In this document: one piece after another, positions 10,794 to 19,594 of the stretch | Position numbering within the stretch: position 1 is the first letter of the stretch | Layout of the letters: every line of letters begins with the position of its first letter | NCBI GenBank assembly: GCA_963738175.1 | Contig: CAVTVI010000011.1 | Coordinates: 18,568-82,567 of the forward strand | Reading direction: 5' to 3' | Source of the DNA: an uncultured Verrucomicrobiae bacterium | GTDB taxonomy: Bacteria > Verrucomicrobiota > Verrucomicrobiia > Limisphaerales > UBA11358 | Length of the DNA: 64,000 bases | Translations under genes and position numbers: made by a program | The notes under the pieces: model-generated | Told to the model about the DNA's origin: nothing | The model's database searches: none | Seen by the model: only the letters and a program-made list of their open reading frames with translations

Positions 10794-11864
10794 ATGACTC
10801 AACGAATCAAGCGACTCGAAAACTGGTCGAAGCCGTCCCTGGCGGCGATGTGCCTGAGTATTGTCGCGGCAGTTGCGCTTGTGGATTATCTGACCGGTTA
10901 CGAGACCTTCTTTTTTATTTTTTATCTGCTCGCCGTGTTTGTGGCCGTGTGGTTTGTCGGCGTTTCATTTGGAATTTTAATTTCGGCATTGAGCGTGACA
11001 GCCTGGGTTTCGACGAACATCGCCGCCGGCGAACGTTATTCCGGTTACTTTATTCCCATTTGGAACGCGACGATCATGTTCCTGTTTTATCTCGTGGTCG
11101 TGGTGCTGCTGGCCAAGCTGCGCACTTTGCAAAGGGGATTGGAAGAACGCGTGCGCCAGCGAACCGCCGCCTTGACTAGGGAAATCCGGGAGCGGACGCG
11201 GTTGCAGAAGGAATTGCTGGAAACCGCCGAGCAGGAACAGCGGCGCATCGGCGGTGAATTGCATGACAGTTTGTGCCAGCATTTGACGGGCACGGCTTTT
11301 GCGGGCCATGTCCTCGGCCAAAAATTGGCGGACAAGTCGCTGCCGGAAACGGCGGAAGCCAGTCGTCTGGTGGAATTGATTGAAGACGCCATTGAACTGA
11401 CCCGCCAGGTTGCGCGCGGGCTGCATCCCATCGAAATGCAGGTCGGTGGCATTGCGGATAATTTTCAAGAACTGGCGGCCACCGTCAGTGAACGATTCAA
11501 AGTCTCCTGCCAGTTTGAATGTCAGCGGGCCGTGCCGTTGCTTGACGCGAATGTCGCCACCCACTTGTTTCGGATCGCGCAGGAGGCGGTCACCAACGCC
11601 ATCCGGCATGGCAAAGCCAGACATATCAACATCTGTCTTGATTCGGCGGACAATGAGTTGATATTGACAATTACTGATGACGGCAGCGGTTTGCCTGAAA
11701 ATGCCCGGAACAGCAACGGCATGGGGCTGCGCATCATGGCTTATCGCGCCGATATGATTGGTGCAACTTTCAACCTTGAACGTCTGCCCAAGCATGGAAC
11801 GCGTGTCACCTGCACACGACCCGCTCATCCTGAACCAACTGAAAATCATGTCGCAAAAAATTAA
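10794..11864 (+). CDS. Sensor histidine kinase (HisKA_3 / NarX-DegS type) with a membrane N-terminal domain
   Basis: Several hydrophobic helices at the N-terminus, the H-box GGELHDSLCQHL, and the ATPase motifs NAIRHG and DDGSGLP. Confidence 0.85.
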   Translation: MTQRIKRLENWSKPSLAAMCLSIVAAVALVDYLTGYETFFFIFYLLAVFVAVWFVGVSFGILISALSVTAWVSTNIAAGERYSGYFIPIWNATIMFLFYLVVVVLLAKLRTLQRGLEERVRQRTAALTREIRERTRLQKELLETAEQEQRRIGGELHDSLCQHLTGTAFAGHVLGQKLADKSLPETAEASRLVELIEDAIELTRQVARGLHPIEMQVGGIADNFQELAATVSERFKVSCQFECQRAVPLLDANVATHLFRIAQEAVTNAIRHGKARHINICLDSADNELILTITDDGSGLPENARNSNGMGLRIMAYRADMIGATFNLERLPKHGTRVTCTRPAHPEPTENHVAKN

Positions 11865-12507
11865 AATATTATTGGTGGACGACCACCCGCTAGTGCGTGA
11901 AGGGCTGGTCAATTTAATCGGCCAGCAGTCCGATTTCGAAGTCTGCGGCGAGGCCGCCAGCGAGCCTCATGCCTTGGAACTTATCAGAACTGTCCAACCC
12001 CGTGTCGCAATTGTGGACATATCGCTGGAAAACGGATCAGGCATCGAACTGGTCAAGAGCATCAAGGCGCTTCACCCCGACGTGACGGTGCTGGTTCTTT
12101 CCATGCACGACGAATCGCTTTATGCCGAGCGCGCCCTGCGTGCCGGTGCGCGCGGTTACATCATGAAGCGCGAGGCGGCAAAAAAAATCATCCAGGGCAT
12201 CCGCAGCGTGCTGGCCGGACAACTTTACGTCAGCGACAAAATCGCCGCCGTGATGAATGAGAATTATGTCGAAGGCCGGACAGCGGCAAATGCTTCACCC
12301 ATCGGACAATTAAGCGACCGCGAACTGGAAGTTTTTCAATTGCTGGGTCTTGGCCACAACACCCGGCAGATCGCCGACCATTTGCACGTCGGTTTCAAAA
12401 CCGTCCAGGCGTATTGTGCCCGCATCAAGGAAAAACTCAACCTCGCCAACATCAACGAACTGCTGCGCGAAGCCGTGCGCTGGCACGAAAGCCAGCAGTC
12501 AAAATAA
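11848..12507 (+). CDS. Response regulator, NarL/LuxR family
   Basis: REC domain (ILLVDDHPLVREG, VAIVDISL) plus a LuxR HTH (LSDRELEVFQLLGLGHNTRQIA). It overlaps the kinase gene by 17 nt. Confidence 0.9.
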   Translation: MSQKIKILLVDDHPLVREGLVNLIGQQSDFEVCGEAASEPHALELIRTVQPRVAIVDISLENGSGIELVKSIKALHPDVTVLVLSMHDESLYAERALRAGARGYIMKREAAKKIIQGIRSVLAGQLYVSDKIAAVMNENYVEGRTAANASPIGQLSDRELEVFQLLGLGHNTRQIADHLHVGFKTVQAYCARIKEKLNLANINELLREAVRWHESQQSK

Positions 12508-12519
12508 TCAGCCACCGTA

Positions 12520-12536
12520 GTAGGATTATGTCCTAC
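12520..12536. promoter_or_regulatory. Conserved inverted repeat GTAGGA-N5-TCCTAC upstream of pilin-like gene 1
   Basis: A perfect 6-bp palindrome. Its counterpart GTAGG-N7-CCTAC lies at 13274-13290 in the second unit. Confidence 0.35.
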
Positions 12537-12586
12537 AAAAAGTATAGGCGGAGCTGCACAGTAATTTGGCAGCGTGTCGGATAACA

Positions 12587-12602
12587 TGGCAGTGAGGCTG
12601 CT
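12587..12602 (+). promoter_or_regulatory. Candidate sigma-54 (-24/-12) promoter of pilin-like gene 1
   Basis: TGGCAGTGAGGCTGCT compared with the consensus TGGCACG-N4-TTGCW. GG and GC spacing is correct. It lies 112 nt upstream of the ATG. Confidence 0.5.
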
Positions 12603-12713
12603 TAAATTCCGTCAATTCGCGGTTGCGACGGGCAATGAAGTGAACAAAGCTGCAATCATAATAACCCGCCTGTCGCGCTGTTCACGCCGCCTGAAAACGA
12701 AAGAAAACAAAAA

Positions 12714-13088
12714 ATGAAGACAATGAAAAACATCCGCAAGGCCGGCTTCACGCTGGTGGAAATCATGATCGTCGTGGCCATCATCGGCCTTTTGGCGGCC
12801 ATCGCGATTCCGAACTTCGTGAAAGCCCGTGCGACCTCGCAGGCCAACGCCTGCATCAACAACCTCCGCCAGATTGACGCGGCGGCCAACCAGTTCGCGC
12901 TGGAGAACAAAATGACCACCGGTCAGGCCATCACCTTCCCGAGCGACTTGACACCCTATATCAAGATGAATTCCGGTTCAAGCATTCCCGCCTGCCCGGC
13001 CAGCGGCACCTATAACGATACCTCGGTGGGTGCACAACCGACCTGCTCGTTGAGCACGACGGTGACGCCGGCGCACGCGCTACAATAA
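12714..13088 (+). CDS. Prepilin-type N-terminal cleavage/methylation domain protein (GspG-like pseudopilin)
   Basis: Leader MKTMKNIRKAG followed by FTLVEIMIVVAIIGLLAAIAIPNF. Cysteine pairs occur in the C-terminal half. Confidence 0.85.
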   Translation: MKTMKNIRKAGFTLVEIMIVVAIIGLLAAIAIPNFVKARATSQANACINNLRQIDAAANQFALENKMTTGQAITFPSDLTPYIKMNSGSSIPACPASGTYNDTSVGAQPTCSLSTTVTPAHALQ

Positions 13089-13111
13089 TATTAATTCTGG
13101 TTTGAATCACA

Positions 13112-13140
13112 AGCCCGGGGCGAAAGCTCCGGGCTTTTTT
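13112..13140 (+). terminator. Rho-independent terminator
   Basis: AGCCCGGGGCGAAAGCTCCGGGCT stem-loop followed by TTTTTT. Confidence 0.8.
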
Positions 13141-13141
13141 G

Positions 13142-13230
13142 CTACCAATCCGTCTCGCGATAATCCTTCAGAAATTTTCCCCAGACGTTGTCCGCCGGTG
13201 TTGAAGCCGGCGATGATTGGATCCACGATG
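13142..13230 (-). pseudogene. Relic copy of the 3' end of the SDR gene (duplication remnant)
   Basis: This 89 nt aligns to 13856-13943 (CTACCA.TC.GTCTCGCG.TAATC...GGTGTTGAAGCCGGCGATGAT.GGATCCACGATG). It then abuts a relic of the regulator 3' end (TGGTACGAAAGCCAGCAGCCGAAATAA). Confidence 0.75.
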
Positions 13231-13295
13231 AGCTGGTACGAAAGCCAGCAGCCGAAATAATGAAATGACCGCCGTAGGGTATCGTCCTACATAAA

Positions 13296-13311
13296 TGGCA
13301 CTGATATTGCT
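13296..13311 (+). promoter_or_regulatory. Candidate sigma-54 (-24/-12) promoter of pilin-like gene 2
   Basis: TGGCACTGATATTGCT is a near-perfect match to TGGCAC-N5-TTGCW. It lies about 104 nt upstream of the ATG. Confidence 0.6.
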
Positions 13312-13414
13312 ATTTTCAACATGAATTGCGGTCTGCAGCAGGCAATTAGTGAACAATTAAACGTATTCATACATCAAACGCGCCTGTTGCCCGGTTCACG
13401 CCGCAGAAACTGAA

Positions 13415-13798
13415 ATGAAAATAGGTATGAAAGCTATACAAATCAAAGGCTTCACGCTGGTGGAAATCATGATCGTCGTGGCTATCATCGGCCTCTTGGC
13501 GGCCATCGCGATTCCGAACTTCGTGAAAGCCCGTGCGACCTCGCAGGCCAACGCCTGCATCAACAACCTCCGCCAGATTGACGGGGCGGCCAACCAGTTC
13601 GCGCTGGAAGCAAAACTGTCCACCGGGGCGAACATCACCTTCCCGAGCGACTTGACACCTTATATCAAGTTGAACGCGAACAGCAGCATTCCCGGCTGTC
13701 CGGCCAGCGGCACTTACAGCGAATCCAAAGTGGGTGCGAGCGGATTTCCGAAGTGCTCGCTCAGCGACACGGTTACTCCGAAGCACGTTCTGCCGTAA
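13415..13798 (+). CDS. Prepilin-type N-terminal cleavage/methylation domain protein (paralogue of 12714-13088)
   Basis: GFTLVEIMIVVAIIGLLAAIAIPNFVKARATSQANACINNLRQID is nearly identical to copy 1 at the nucleotide level. The C-terminal half has diverged. An alternative start is ATG 13427. Confidence 0.85.
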   Translation: MKIGMKAIQIKGFTLVEIMIVVAIIGLLAAIAIPNFVKARATSQANACINNLRQIDGAANQFALEAKLSTGANITFPSDLTPYIKLNANSSIPGCPASGTYSESKVGASGFPKCSLSDTVTPKHVLP

Positions 13799-13820
13799 TC
13801 AAACCTTTGCTTGAATCACA

Positions 13821-13849
13821 AGACCGGGGCGAAAGTTCCGGGCTTTTTT
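13821..13849 (+). terminator. Rho-independent terminator
   Basis: AGACCGGGGCGAAAGTTCCGGGCT stem-loop followed by TTTTTT. It is homologous to 13112-13140. Confidence 0.75.
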
Positions 13850-13855
13850 ATCTCA

Positions 13856-15405
13856 CTACCAGTCTGTCTCGCGGTAATCTTTCAAGAATTTTCCCCAAAC
13901 GTGTTCGCCGGTGTTGAAGCCGGCGATGATCGGATCCACGATGCGCGCCGCGCCGTCCACGATGTCCAGCGGCGGATGGAAACGATGCTCCTTAACCTTG
14001 CGCGCGGCGATCTGCACCGGGTCTTCGTCCGTCACCCAGCCCGTGTCCACGGCGTTCATGTGGATGCCGTCGGCGTGGTAATCGGCGGCGGCGGTGCGCG
14101 TCATCATGTTGAGCGCGGCCTTGGCCATGTTCGTGTGCGGATGCCGCGTGGTCTTGAACTTCCGGTAAAACTGCCCCTCCACCGCCGAGACGTTGACGAT
14201 GTGTTTGTCGCGTTCCGGCGTGCGGAGCATCAACGGCTTCAATCGCGCATTTAAAATGAACGGCGCGATGGCGTTGACGAGCTGAACTTCCAGCAATTCG
14301 ACCGTCGGCACTTCCGCCATGAGCAACCGCCACGAATTGCGTTCGCGCAAATCCACCTGCTGCAAATCTTGATCCAATTTGCCTTCGGGAAACAAACCCT
14401 TCTGCGCTTCGATCTCCTCCAGCAATAGCGGCACTTGCGATAATGCCGCCGCGTGCGTCAGTCCCGGCAATTTTAGAAATCTTTCCATCGAGCAACGCCA
14501 TCAGTGGAATTTCCTTCCGGTAAAATGTGGTAGCCGCGCAAACCTTCGTAAGCACCGAGCAATTTGCGCGCGGCCACCGGCATTTTTTCCAACGAGCCGG
14601 TTTCCGCTTCCATCATGTGCTGATAAAAATCCGGCGGACGACGAACGGTCTGGCACGCATTGTTAATAATGAAATCAAGACGATTTCGCGTCGAGAGTAA
14701 ATGCCGACAAAACGCTTCGACGCTCGGCGTGTGGCGCAAATCCAATCCAAAAATTTCCAACCGATCTTTCCATTCCGCAAAATCCGGCTCTGCCGCGTAA
14801 CGTATCGCCGAGTCGCGCGGAAATCTTGTGCTGACAATCAGATGCGCCCCAGCGCGCAAAAGTTTTATGCCCGCCTGATAACCGATCTTTACGCGTCCGC
14901 CGGTGAGCAGCGCAACGCGCCCGCGCAAATCCGCCGTTTCGGTGCGCTTGATCCAATTCAGTTCGGCGCATTTCGGGCAAAGCTGGTCGTAAAAATGGTG
15001 AATCGTCGAGTAATCCTGTTTGCAGATGTAGCAATTCTGTTCTTCGACCGTCTCACGGAATTCCGGGTCGTTTTCGATTTCTATCTGCTCAAAATCTTTC
15101 GGCGGGAAAACATTCGGCGTGGTGAACACCGTCTGCCGCCGCAGTTTCCTAATGCCCGTTTTGTTCAGCGCGCTCTCGGCACGCTTCGATTTTTCGGCCT
15201 TGCGCTGGCGCTTCGTCGCCTTCACCAACTGCCGCCGCGCGACGGCATCGGGTCGCGAAATGTGGCCGGCAGCCTGAAGCAGGCGCGTCCGCGCCGCCTC
15301 GGAAACACCGGCGAGCAGTTCGCGGTTGTAGGCGATGGACTCCAGCAGTTCGGCGGCGGCCTGCATCTGTTCAGCCAGCCCGGGTTCGGCAAGTTTATTT
15401 TTCAT
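13856..15405 (-). pseudogene. Long SDR-family oxidoreductase with an N-terminal CxxC zinc-ribbon extension, frameshifted near 14480
   Basis: The upstream part (14473-15405) has CYICK...CPKC and LLTGGRVKIGYQ. The downstream part (13856-14488) has NVSAVEG and the YxxxK-region MAKAALN. The two ORFs overlap in different frames. Confidence 0.75.
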
Positions 15406-15537
15406 TTTGGCGTTTACCGGCCGCAGTTTGATTTCGACGGAACGCCTGCGTCAATGTGTTTCCGGGACAGAATCACCGCCCATCCGGAGATTTCAGGCTT
15501 GCCTTCCGGCGTTTTGCGCGAAAGATTACACGCCTTT

Positions 15538-16230
15538 ATGCAATCGCAAGAAACAACAGCAGCGGACTATCTCTTCAGACTGTGGCCGTGGTTTGAAGCC
15601 AACTCAAAACGCCTCGCTTACGGCGCGGTTCTGGTCATCATCGCCATCTTTGTCTTTTCATTTTATTCCTATCGGCAAAATCAGAATGAAATCGCCGCCG
15701 GACAAACGCTGACGCAGGCGATGGTTTCGACCAGCGGCGGCGGGCTGGCCGACGCCTGCCTGAAAATCGCGGCAGATTATTCCGGCACTCCCGCCGGGCA
15801 GCGCGCCCTGCTGGAAGGCGCGACGGCGCTGTTCACGACGGGCCAATACGCCGACGCGCAGACGCAGTTCCAAAAATTTCTCGACACTTATCCCGACGGT
15901 TTTTTTGCACCGCAGGCCGCGCTGGGACTGGCGGCGAGCCTTGACGCGCAAGGCAAAACGGATTTGTCCATCAGCGCCTATCAACGGGTCATCAGCCAGA
16001 ATTCCGGCGGCAGTGTGGCCGCCGATGCGAAATTCGCGCTGGCCCGGATCGCCGAGAACCAGGGCAAATTCGACGACGCGGAGAAACTTTATGTCGAAGT
16101 CGCCCGCACATTTCCGAACACTTCGGTCGGTTCTGAAGCCGGACGGCGGGCGATGGCGTTGAAAGCAAAATCGCCGACGCCGGCACCCGCGCAGGCGCCC
16201 GCGGTCGTACCGTTCACCTTGAGTCATTGA
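15538..16230 (+). CDS. Membrane-anchored tetratricopeptide-repeat protein (YfgM/YbgF-like)
   Basis: ATG 15538 gives an N-terminal TM helix (AVLVIIAIFVFSFY) followed by TPR-like repeats. The upstream part of the long ORF is antisense to the SDR gene. Confidence 0.7.
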   Translation: MQSQETTAADYLFRLWPWFEANSKRLAYGAVLVIIAIFVFSFYSYRQNQNEIAAGQTLTQAMVSTSGGGLADACLKIAADYSGTPAGQRALLEGATALFTTGQYADAQTQFQKFLDTYPDGFFAPQAALGLAASLDAQGKTDLSISAYQRVISQNSGGSVAADAKFALARIAENQGKFDDAEKLYVEVARTFPNTSVGSEAGRRAMALKAKSPTPAPAQAPAVVPFTLSH

Positions 16231-16232
16231 GT

Positions 16233-17522
16233 ATGAAGTTGACAATCATCGGCACCGGCTACGTCGGTCTGGTCACGGGAACCTGCTTCGCCGAAGTCGG
16301 CCATCACGTCATCTGCGTGGACAATGACGCCGCCAAGGTGAAAATGTTGCAGGCGGGCGGCATACCCATTTACGAACCCGGCCTCGAGGAACTGGTGAAA
16401 AAAAATGTCGCCGCCGGACGGCTTTCCTTCACGAACAGCACGGCGGAAGGCGTCCAAAAATCCGACGTGGTTTTCATCGCCGTGCCGACGCCGCCGCAGC
16501 CGGACGGTTCCGTGGATTTGAGTTACATTGAACGCGTCGCGCGCGACATCGCGGCGGCCATGACCAGTTACAAAATTGTCGTGGACAAAAGTACGGTGCC
16601 CGTCAAGACCGGCGAGAAAGTCACCGAGACCATCAAGCGCTATTGCGCGGCCAAAGTGGAGTTTGATGTCGTCAGCAATCCGGAATTTCTGCGCGAAGGT
16701 TTCGCCGTCGGCGATCTGATGAAGCCCGACCGCGTCGTCATCGGCGTCGGCTCGCAACGACCCGTCGCGGCGATGAAGGAGATTTACACACCGTTTAAGG
16801 CACCCATCATCGTCACCGACATCAACTCCGCCGAACTCATCAAGCACGCGGCGAATTCGTTTCTCGCGCTGAAAATTTCCTACATCAACGCCATCGCGAC
16901 GATTTGCGAAGCGGCGGGCGCGAACGTGCAGGAAGTCGCGCAAGGCATCGGCCTGGACGAACGCATCGGACGCCGCTTTTTGAACGCGGGCATCGGCTTC
17001 GGCGGCAGTTGCTTTCCAAAGGACTTGAGTGCGTTTATCAAAATCTCCGAGCAGGTCGGCTACGACTTCAAACTGCTGAAGGAAGTCCAGCGCATCAATG
17101 CCGACCAGATGGATCGTTTCGTCAAAAAAATCACCGACACGCTCTGGGTTTTGAAGGACAAAAAAATCGGCGTGCTCGGTCTTGCTTTCAAACAAAATAC
17201 CGACGACGTGCGCTCCTCGCCCGCGATTGATTTGTGTCAGCGGTTGTTAAAAGACGGCGCGGCATTGCGTGTTCACGATCCGAAGGCGATGGACAAGGCC
17301 AAATCGCTTTTGCCGAACGTGACTTACGTTGACGACATGAACGCCGTGGCCGAAGGTTGCGATGCACTGGTCGTAGCGACCGAGTGGGACGAATTCAAAA
17401 AGCTTGATCTCGTTCGCGCCAAAAAATCACTCACGCATCCGATCATGTTCGACGGACGAAATCTTTTTGACCGCGCGGAAATGGAAAAGCTCGGCTGGAT
17501 TTACAAGAGTGTCGGACGGTAA
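16233..17522 (+). CDS. ugd: UDP-glucose 6-dehydrogenase
   Basis: IIGTGYVGLVTG Rossmann motif, GFGGSCFPKD catalytic-Cys motif, and AFKQNTDDVR. Confidence 0.9.
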   Translation: MKLTIIGTGYVGLVTGTCFAEVGHHVICVDNDAAKVKMLQAGGIPIYEPGLEELVKKNVAAGRLSFTNSTAEGVQKSDVVFIAVPTPPQPDGSVDLSYIERVARDIAAAMTSYKIVVDKSTVPVKTGEKVTETIKRYCAAKVEFDVVSNPEFLREGFAVGDLMKPDRVVIGVGSQRPVAAMKEIYTPFKAPIIVTDINSAELIKHAANSFLALKISYINAIATICEAAGANVQEVAQGIGLDERIGRRFLNAGIGFGGSCFPKDLSAFIKISEQVGYDFKLLKEVQRINADQMDRFVKKITDTLWVLKDKKIGVLGLAFKQNTDDVRSSPAIDLCQRLLKDGAALRVHDPKAMDKAKSLLPNVTYVDDMNAVAEGCDALVVATEWDEFKKLDLVRAKKSLTHPIMFDGRNLFDRAEMEKLGWIYKSVGR

Positions 17523-17922
17523 CAAAATCATAGAAGTTTCCGCCGCGCTCATTTTCCGCGACGGCAGGCTGCTCATCACGCAGCGTCAGGCCAAGTCGCA
17601 CCTCGGCGGGTTATGGGAATTTCCCGGCGGCAAACGCGAAGCGGGCGAAACTTTTGAGCAATGCCTCGTCCGCGAAATCCGCGAGGAAATCGGCGTGGAA
17701 ATTTTGGTGGGCGAATTGTTTGAGGAAGTCTCCCACGATTATCCCGAAAAATCCGTCCGTCTGAAATTTTTCACCTGCAAACTCGTGTCAGGCGAACCAC
17801 AGCCGTTGGATTGCGCGGCGGTGAAGTGGATTGATAAGGTTGAACTGGATGCTCATGAATTTCCTGCCGCAGATTCCCAACTCCTGAAGAAATTAAAAAG
17901 CCCGCGTCTGGCGTGGGCTTGA
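17509..17922 (+). CDS. mutT: Nudix hydrolase (MutT-type (d)NTP pyrophosphohydrolase)
   Basis: Nudix box GGLWEFPGGKREAGETFEQCLVREIREEIGVE. A GTG start overlaps the end of ugd. Confidence 0.8.
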   Translation: MSDGNKIIEVSAALIFRDGRLLITQRQAKSHLGGLWEFPGGKREAGETFEQCLVREIREEIGVEILVGELFEEVSHDYPEKSVRLKFFTCKLVSGEPQPLDCAAVKWIDKVELDAHEFPAADSQLLKKLKSPRLAWA

Positions 17923-17946
17923 AAAAAACGGAGACAGTCGTAAACT

Positions 17947-19119
17947 TCAGACTTTTCCGAAGGATTCCTCGATGACCTGCTTGAAATTATTCTCGCCGGG
18001 TTTGACGATGCCGAATTCTCGCTTGGCGTTTTCCGGGGAATCGCTCGCGTGCGCGGCGTTCACCATGATGGTCGAGCCGAATTCGCGCCGGATGCTGCCC
18101 GGCGGCGCCTTGGACGGATCGGTCGGGCCGAGCACGTCGCGGATTTTGTTGACCGCGCCGACGCCCTCGTAGACGAGCGCGATGCATTTTTGCGTGCCGG
18201 GCTTGTTCCAGTCGGCTTCGGGAATTTCACCGGGCGCGTGGCCGGACATGAAACGGACGATGTTGTCGAACTGGTTGTCTCCTTGCAACGGGCCGAGGAT
18301 ATCGCCGAGGGCTTTTTGTTCGGCCGCCGGAATTTTGAAGCTGAATTCCTTTTCGAGAATGTCCTTGGCCTTGTCGCTGACGCCGTCCTTGAGCTTGGCG
18401 CGGAGAAATTCGCGGACGGGGCCGTAAAATTCCATCGCCTGCGCGGTGCTCATGTGCAGGACTTTCGCGCCGACAACGTAAAGTCCCGTGCGTGAGAAGA
18501 AATCAATGACGTTGCCGGGGCGGCCAGTTGAGAATTTGAAATTGTCCGGTTTGATAAGCACCAGCGTGCGCTCGGGCGTTTCGCCGGGCGGATAGACAAT
18601 GACATTCTCCAGAATGCCGCCGTCGCTGTCGGAAAAGCGCGCCCACAATTTCAATTTCGCTTCGGCCTCCGACTCGTTCGGCGCAGCAAGGACGGCTGGC
18701 TCGAAGTAGCGGACATTACCATTGTCGTCCATGATGAGGTCGCTGTAAGTGTCGCGGATCGTTTCGCCGCCGCGCCGGTCGGGACTCAAGTTGCCGACGA
18801 CCGAACGGACTTTGCGTACCGCCTCGTTGCCGCGGAACAACATCGCCATCACGCGACGGCGGCGGCCCGTTTTGGGATCGGGCGAAAGATTTTCGCTAAC
18901 GTAATTGCGGAGCAGCTCCTGGATTTTCCGGTCCTGCGAGTCGTGTGCCGACACGATGGTTTCGGCATATTGTTTGACCAGTTCCACGCTCGGCGCGAAC
19001 ATCCGCATCGCGGCCAAGTCCAGCCCCGTGCGCGAAATGAGCCGGCTCATGATGCCGCCGTTGCGCGATTTGTAGAGCGAATACGGAGTGAGGAATACGT
19101 AGGCGAGCTGTTGTGGCAT
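17947..19119 (-). CDS. Nucleoside-diphosphate kinase-like protein with tandem NDK-fold domains
   Basis: The C-terminal half has RTLVLIKPD and the catalytic NAAHASDS motif. The N-terminal half (YVFLTPYSL...MFAPS) looks like a degenerate NDK fold. Confidence 0.75.
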   Translation of the reverse strand: MPQQLAYVFLTPYSLYKSRNGGIMSRLISRTGLDLAAMRMFAPSVELVKQYAETIVSAHDSQDRKIQELLRNYVSENLSPDPKTGRRRRVMAMLFRGNEAVRKVRSVVGNLSPDRRGGETIRDTYSDLIMDDNGNVRYFEPAVLAAPNESEAEAKLKLWARFSDSDGGILENVIVYPPGETPERTLVLIKPDNFKFSTGRPGNVIDFFSRTGLYVVGAKVLHMSTAQAMEFYGPVREFLRAKLKDGVSDKAKDILEKEFSFKIPAAEQKALGDILGPLQGDNQFDNIVRFMSGHAPGEIPEADWNKPGTQKCIALVYEGVGAVNKIRDVLGPTDPSKAPPGSIRREFGSTIMVNAAHASDSPENAKREFGIVKPGENNFKQVIEESFGKV

Positions 19120-19122
19120 AAG

Positions 19123-19329
19123 TTAGCTCGCGGCGGATGGAGCGGGTGGAGCGGCGGGTGTCGCGGGAGCAGCCGGAGGCGTCGCCTTGCCGCCCAAAAT
19201 TTTGAACATCACCGTGCCGCAAGTCGGGCATTTGCCCTTGATCGCCTTGCGTCCATTCTTCATGACTTCCTCGACGCCATCGGCGATTTCCCGCTTGGCC
19301 TTGCATTTGACGCAATATCCTTCAGCCAT
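19123..19329 (-). CDS. Small zinc-ribbon protein (DUF5679-like) with a Pro/Ala-rich tail
   Basis: CVKCK...CPTCG double CxxC motif. ATG 19329 is the preferred start. Confidence 0.5.
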   Translation of the reverse strand: MAEGYCVKCKAKREIADGVEEVMKNGRKAIKGKCPTCGTVMFKILGGKATPPAAPATPAAPPAPSAAS

Positions 19330-19594
19330 AAATTTTCTGCCGCCCAACGCTTCATGCCCCGGACGGCAATGGAAGCCTAGCGAAAGCCGTCCACCAAAGC
19401 AACTTGGAAAAGGCTGCTGAAAAACCGGCTGAATTTCAACCAGTTGCCGATTTTTTCCGGACTGGATTGCGCCGAATCATCCGGCAGGTTCAGCGACATA
19501 GTAAAACCCGGTTGCGTGCTTAATTCGGCTGTAAAAATCAATTCAAGGTTGCTTTGCAGCGCAACTTTTCCTCATGCTGGCGTTTCTTATCGGC

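Larger units (their letters stand above)
12477..13943. repeat. Tandem segmental duplication of the pilin-like locus (unit 1 12477-13230, unit 2 13231-13943)
   Basis: Each unit holds, in order, the regulator 3' end or its relic, the GTAGG palindrome, the TGGCA-N-TGC promoter, the leader, the pilin-like CDS, the terminator, and the 3' end of the downstream SDR gene or its relic. Confidence 0.8.

Noticed and set aside
14701-15537. N-terminal 280 residues of the 509-aa ORF 14701-16230. Similar upstream extensions occur in ORFs 4242-5471, 29560-30780 and 41473-42678.
   Set aside because: The extensions overlap the true genes on the other strand or in another frame. The recognisable proteins start at internal ATGs: 15538 (TPR protein), 4695 (aroA), 29977 (SDR) and 42120 (recO).
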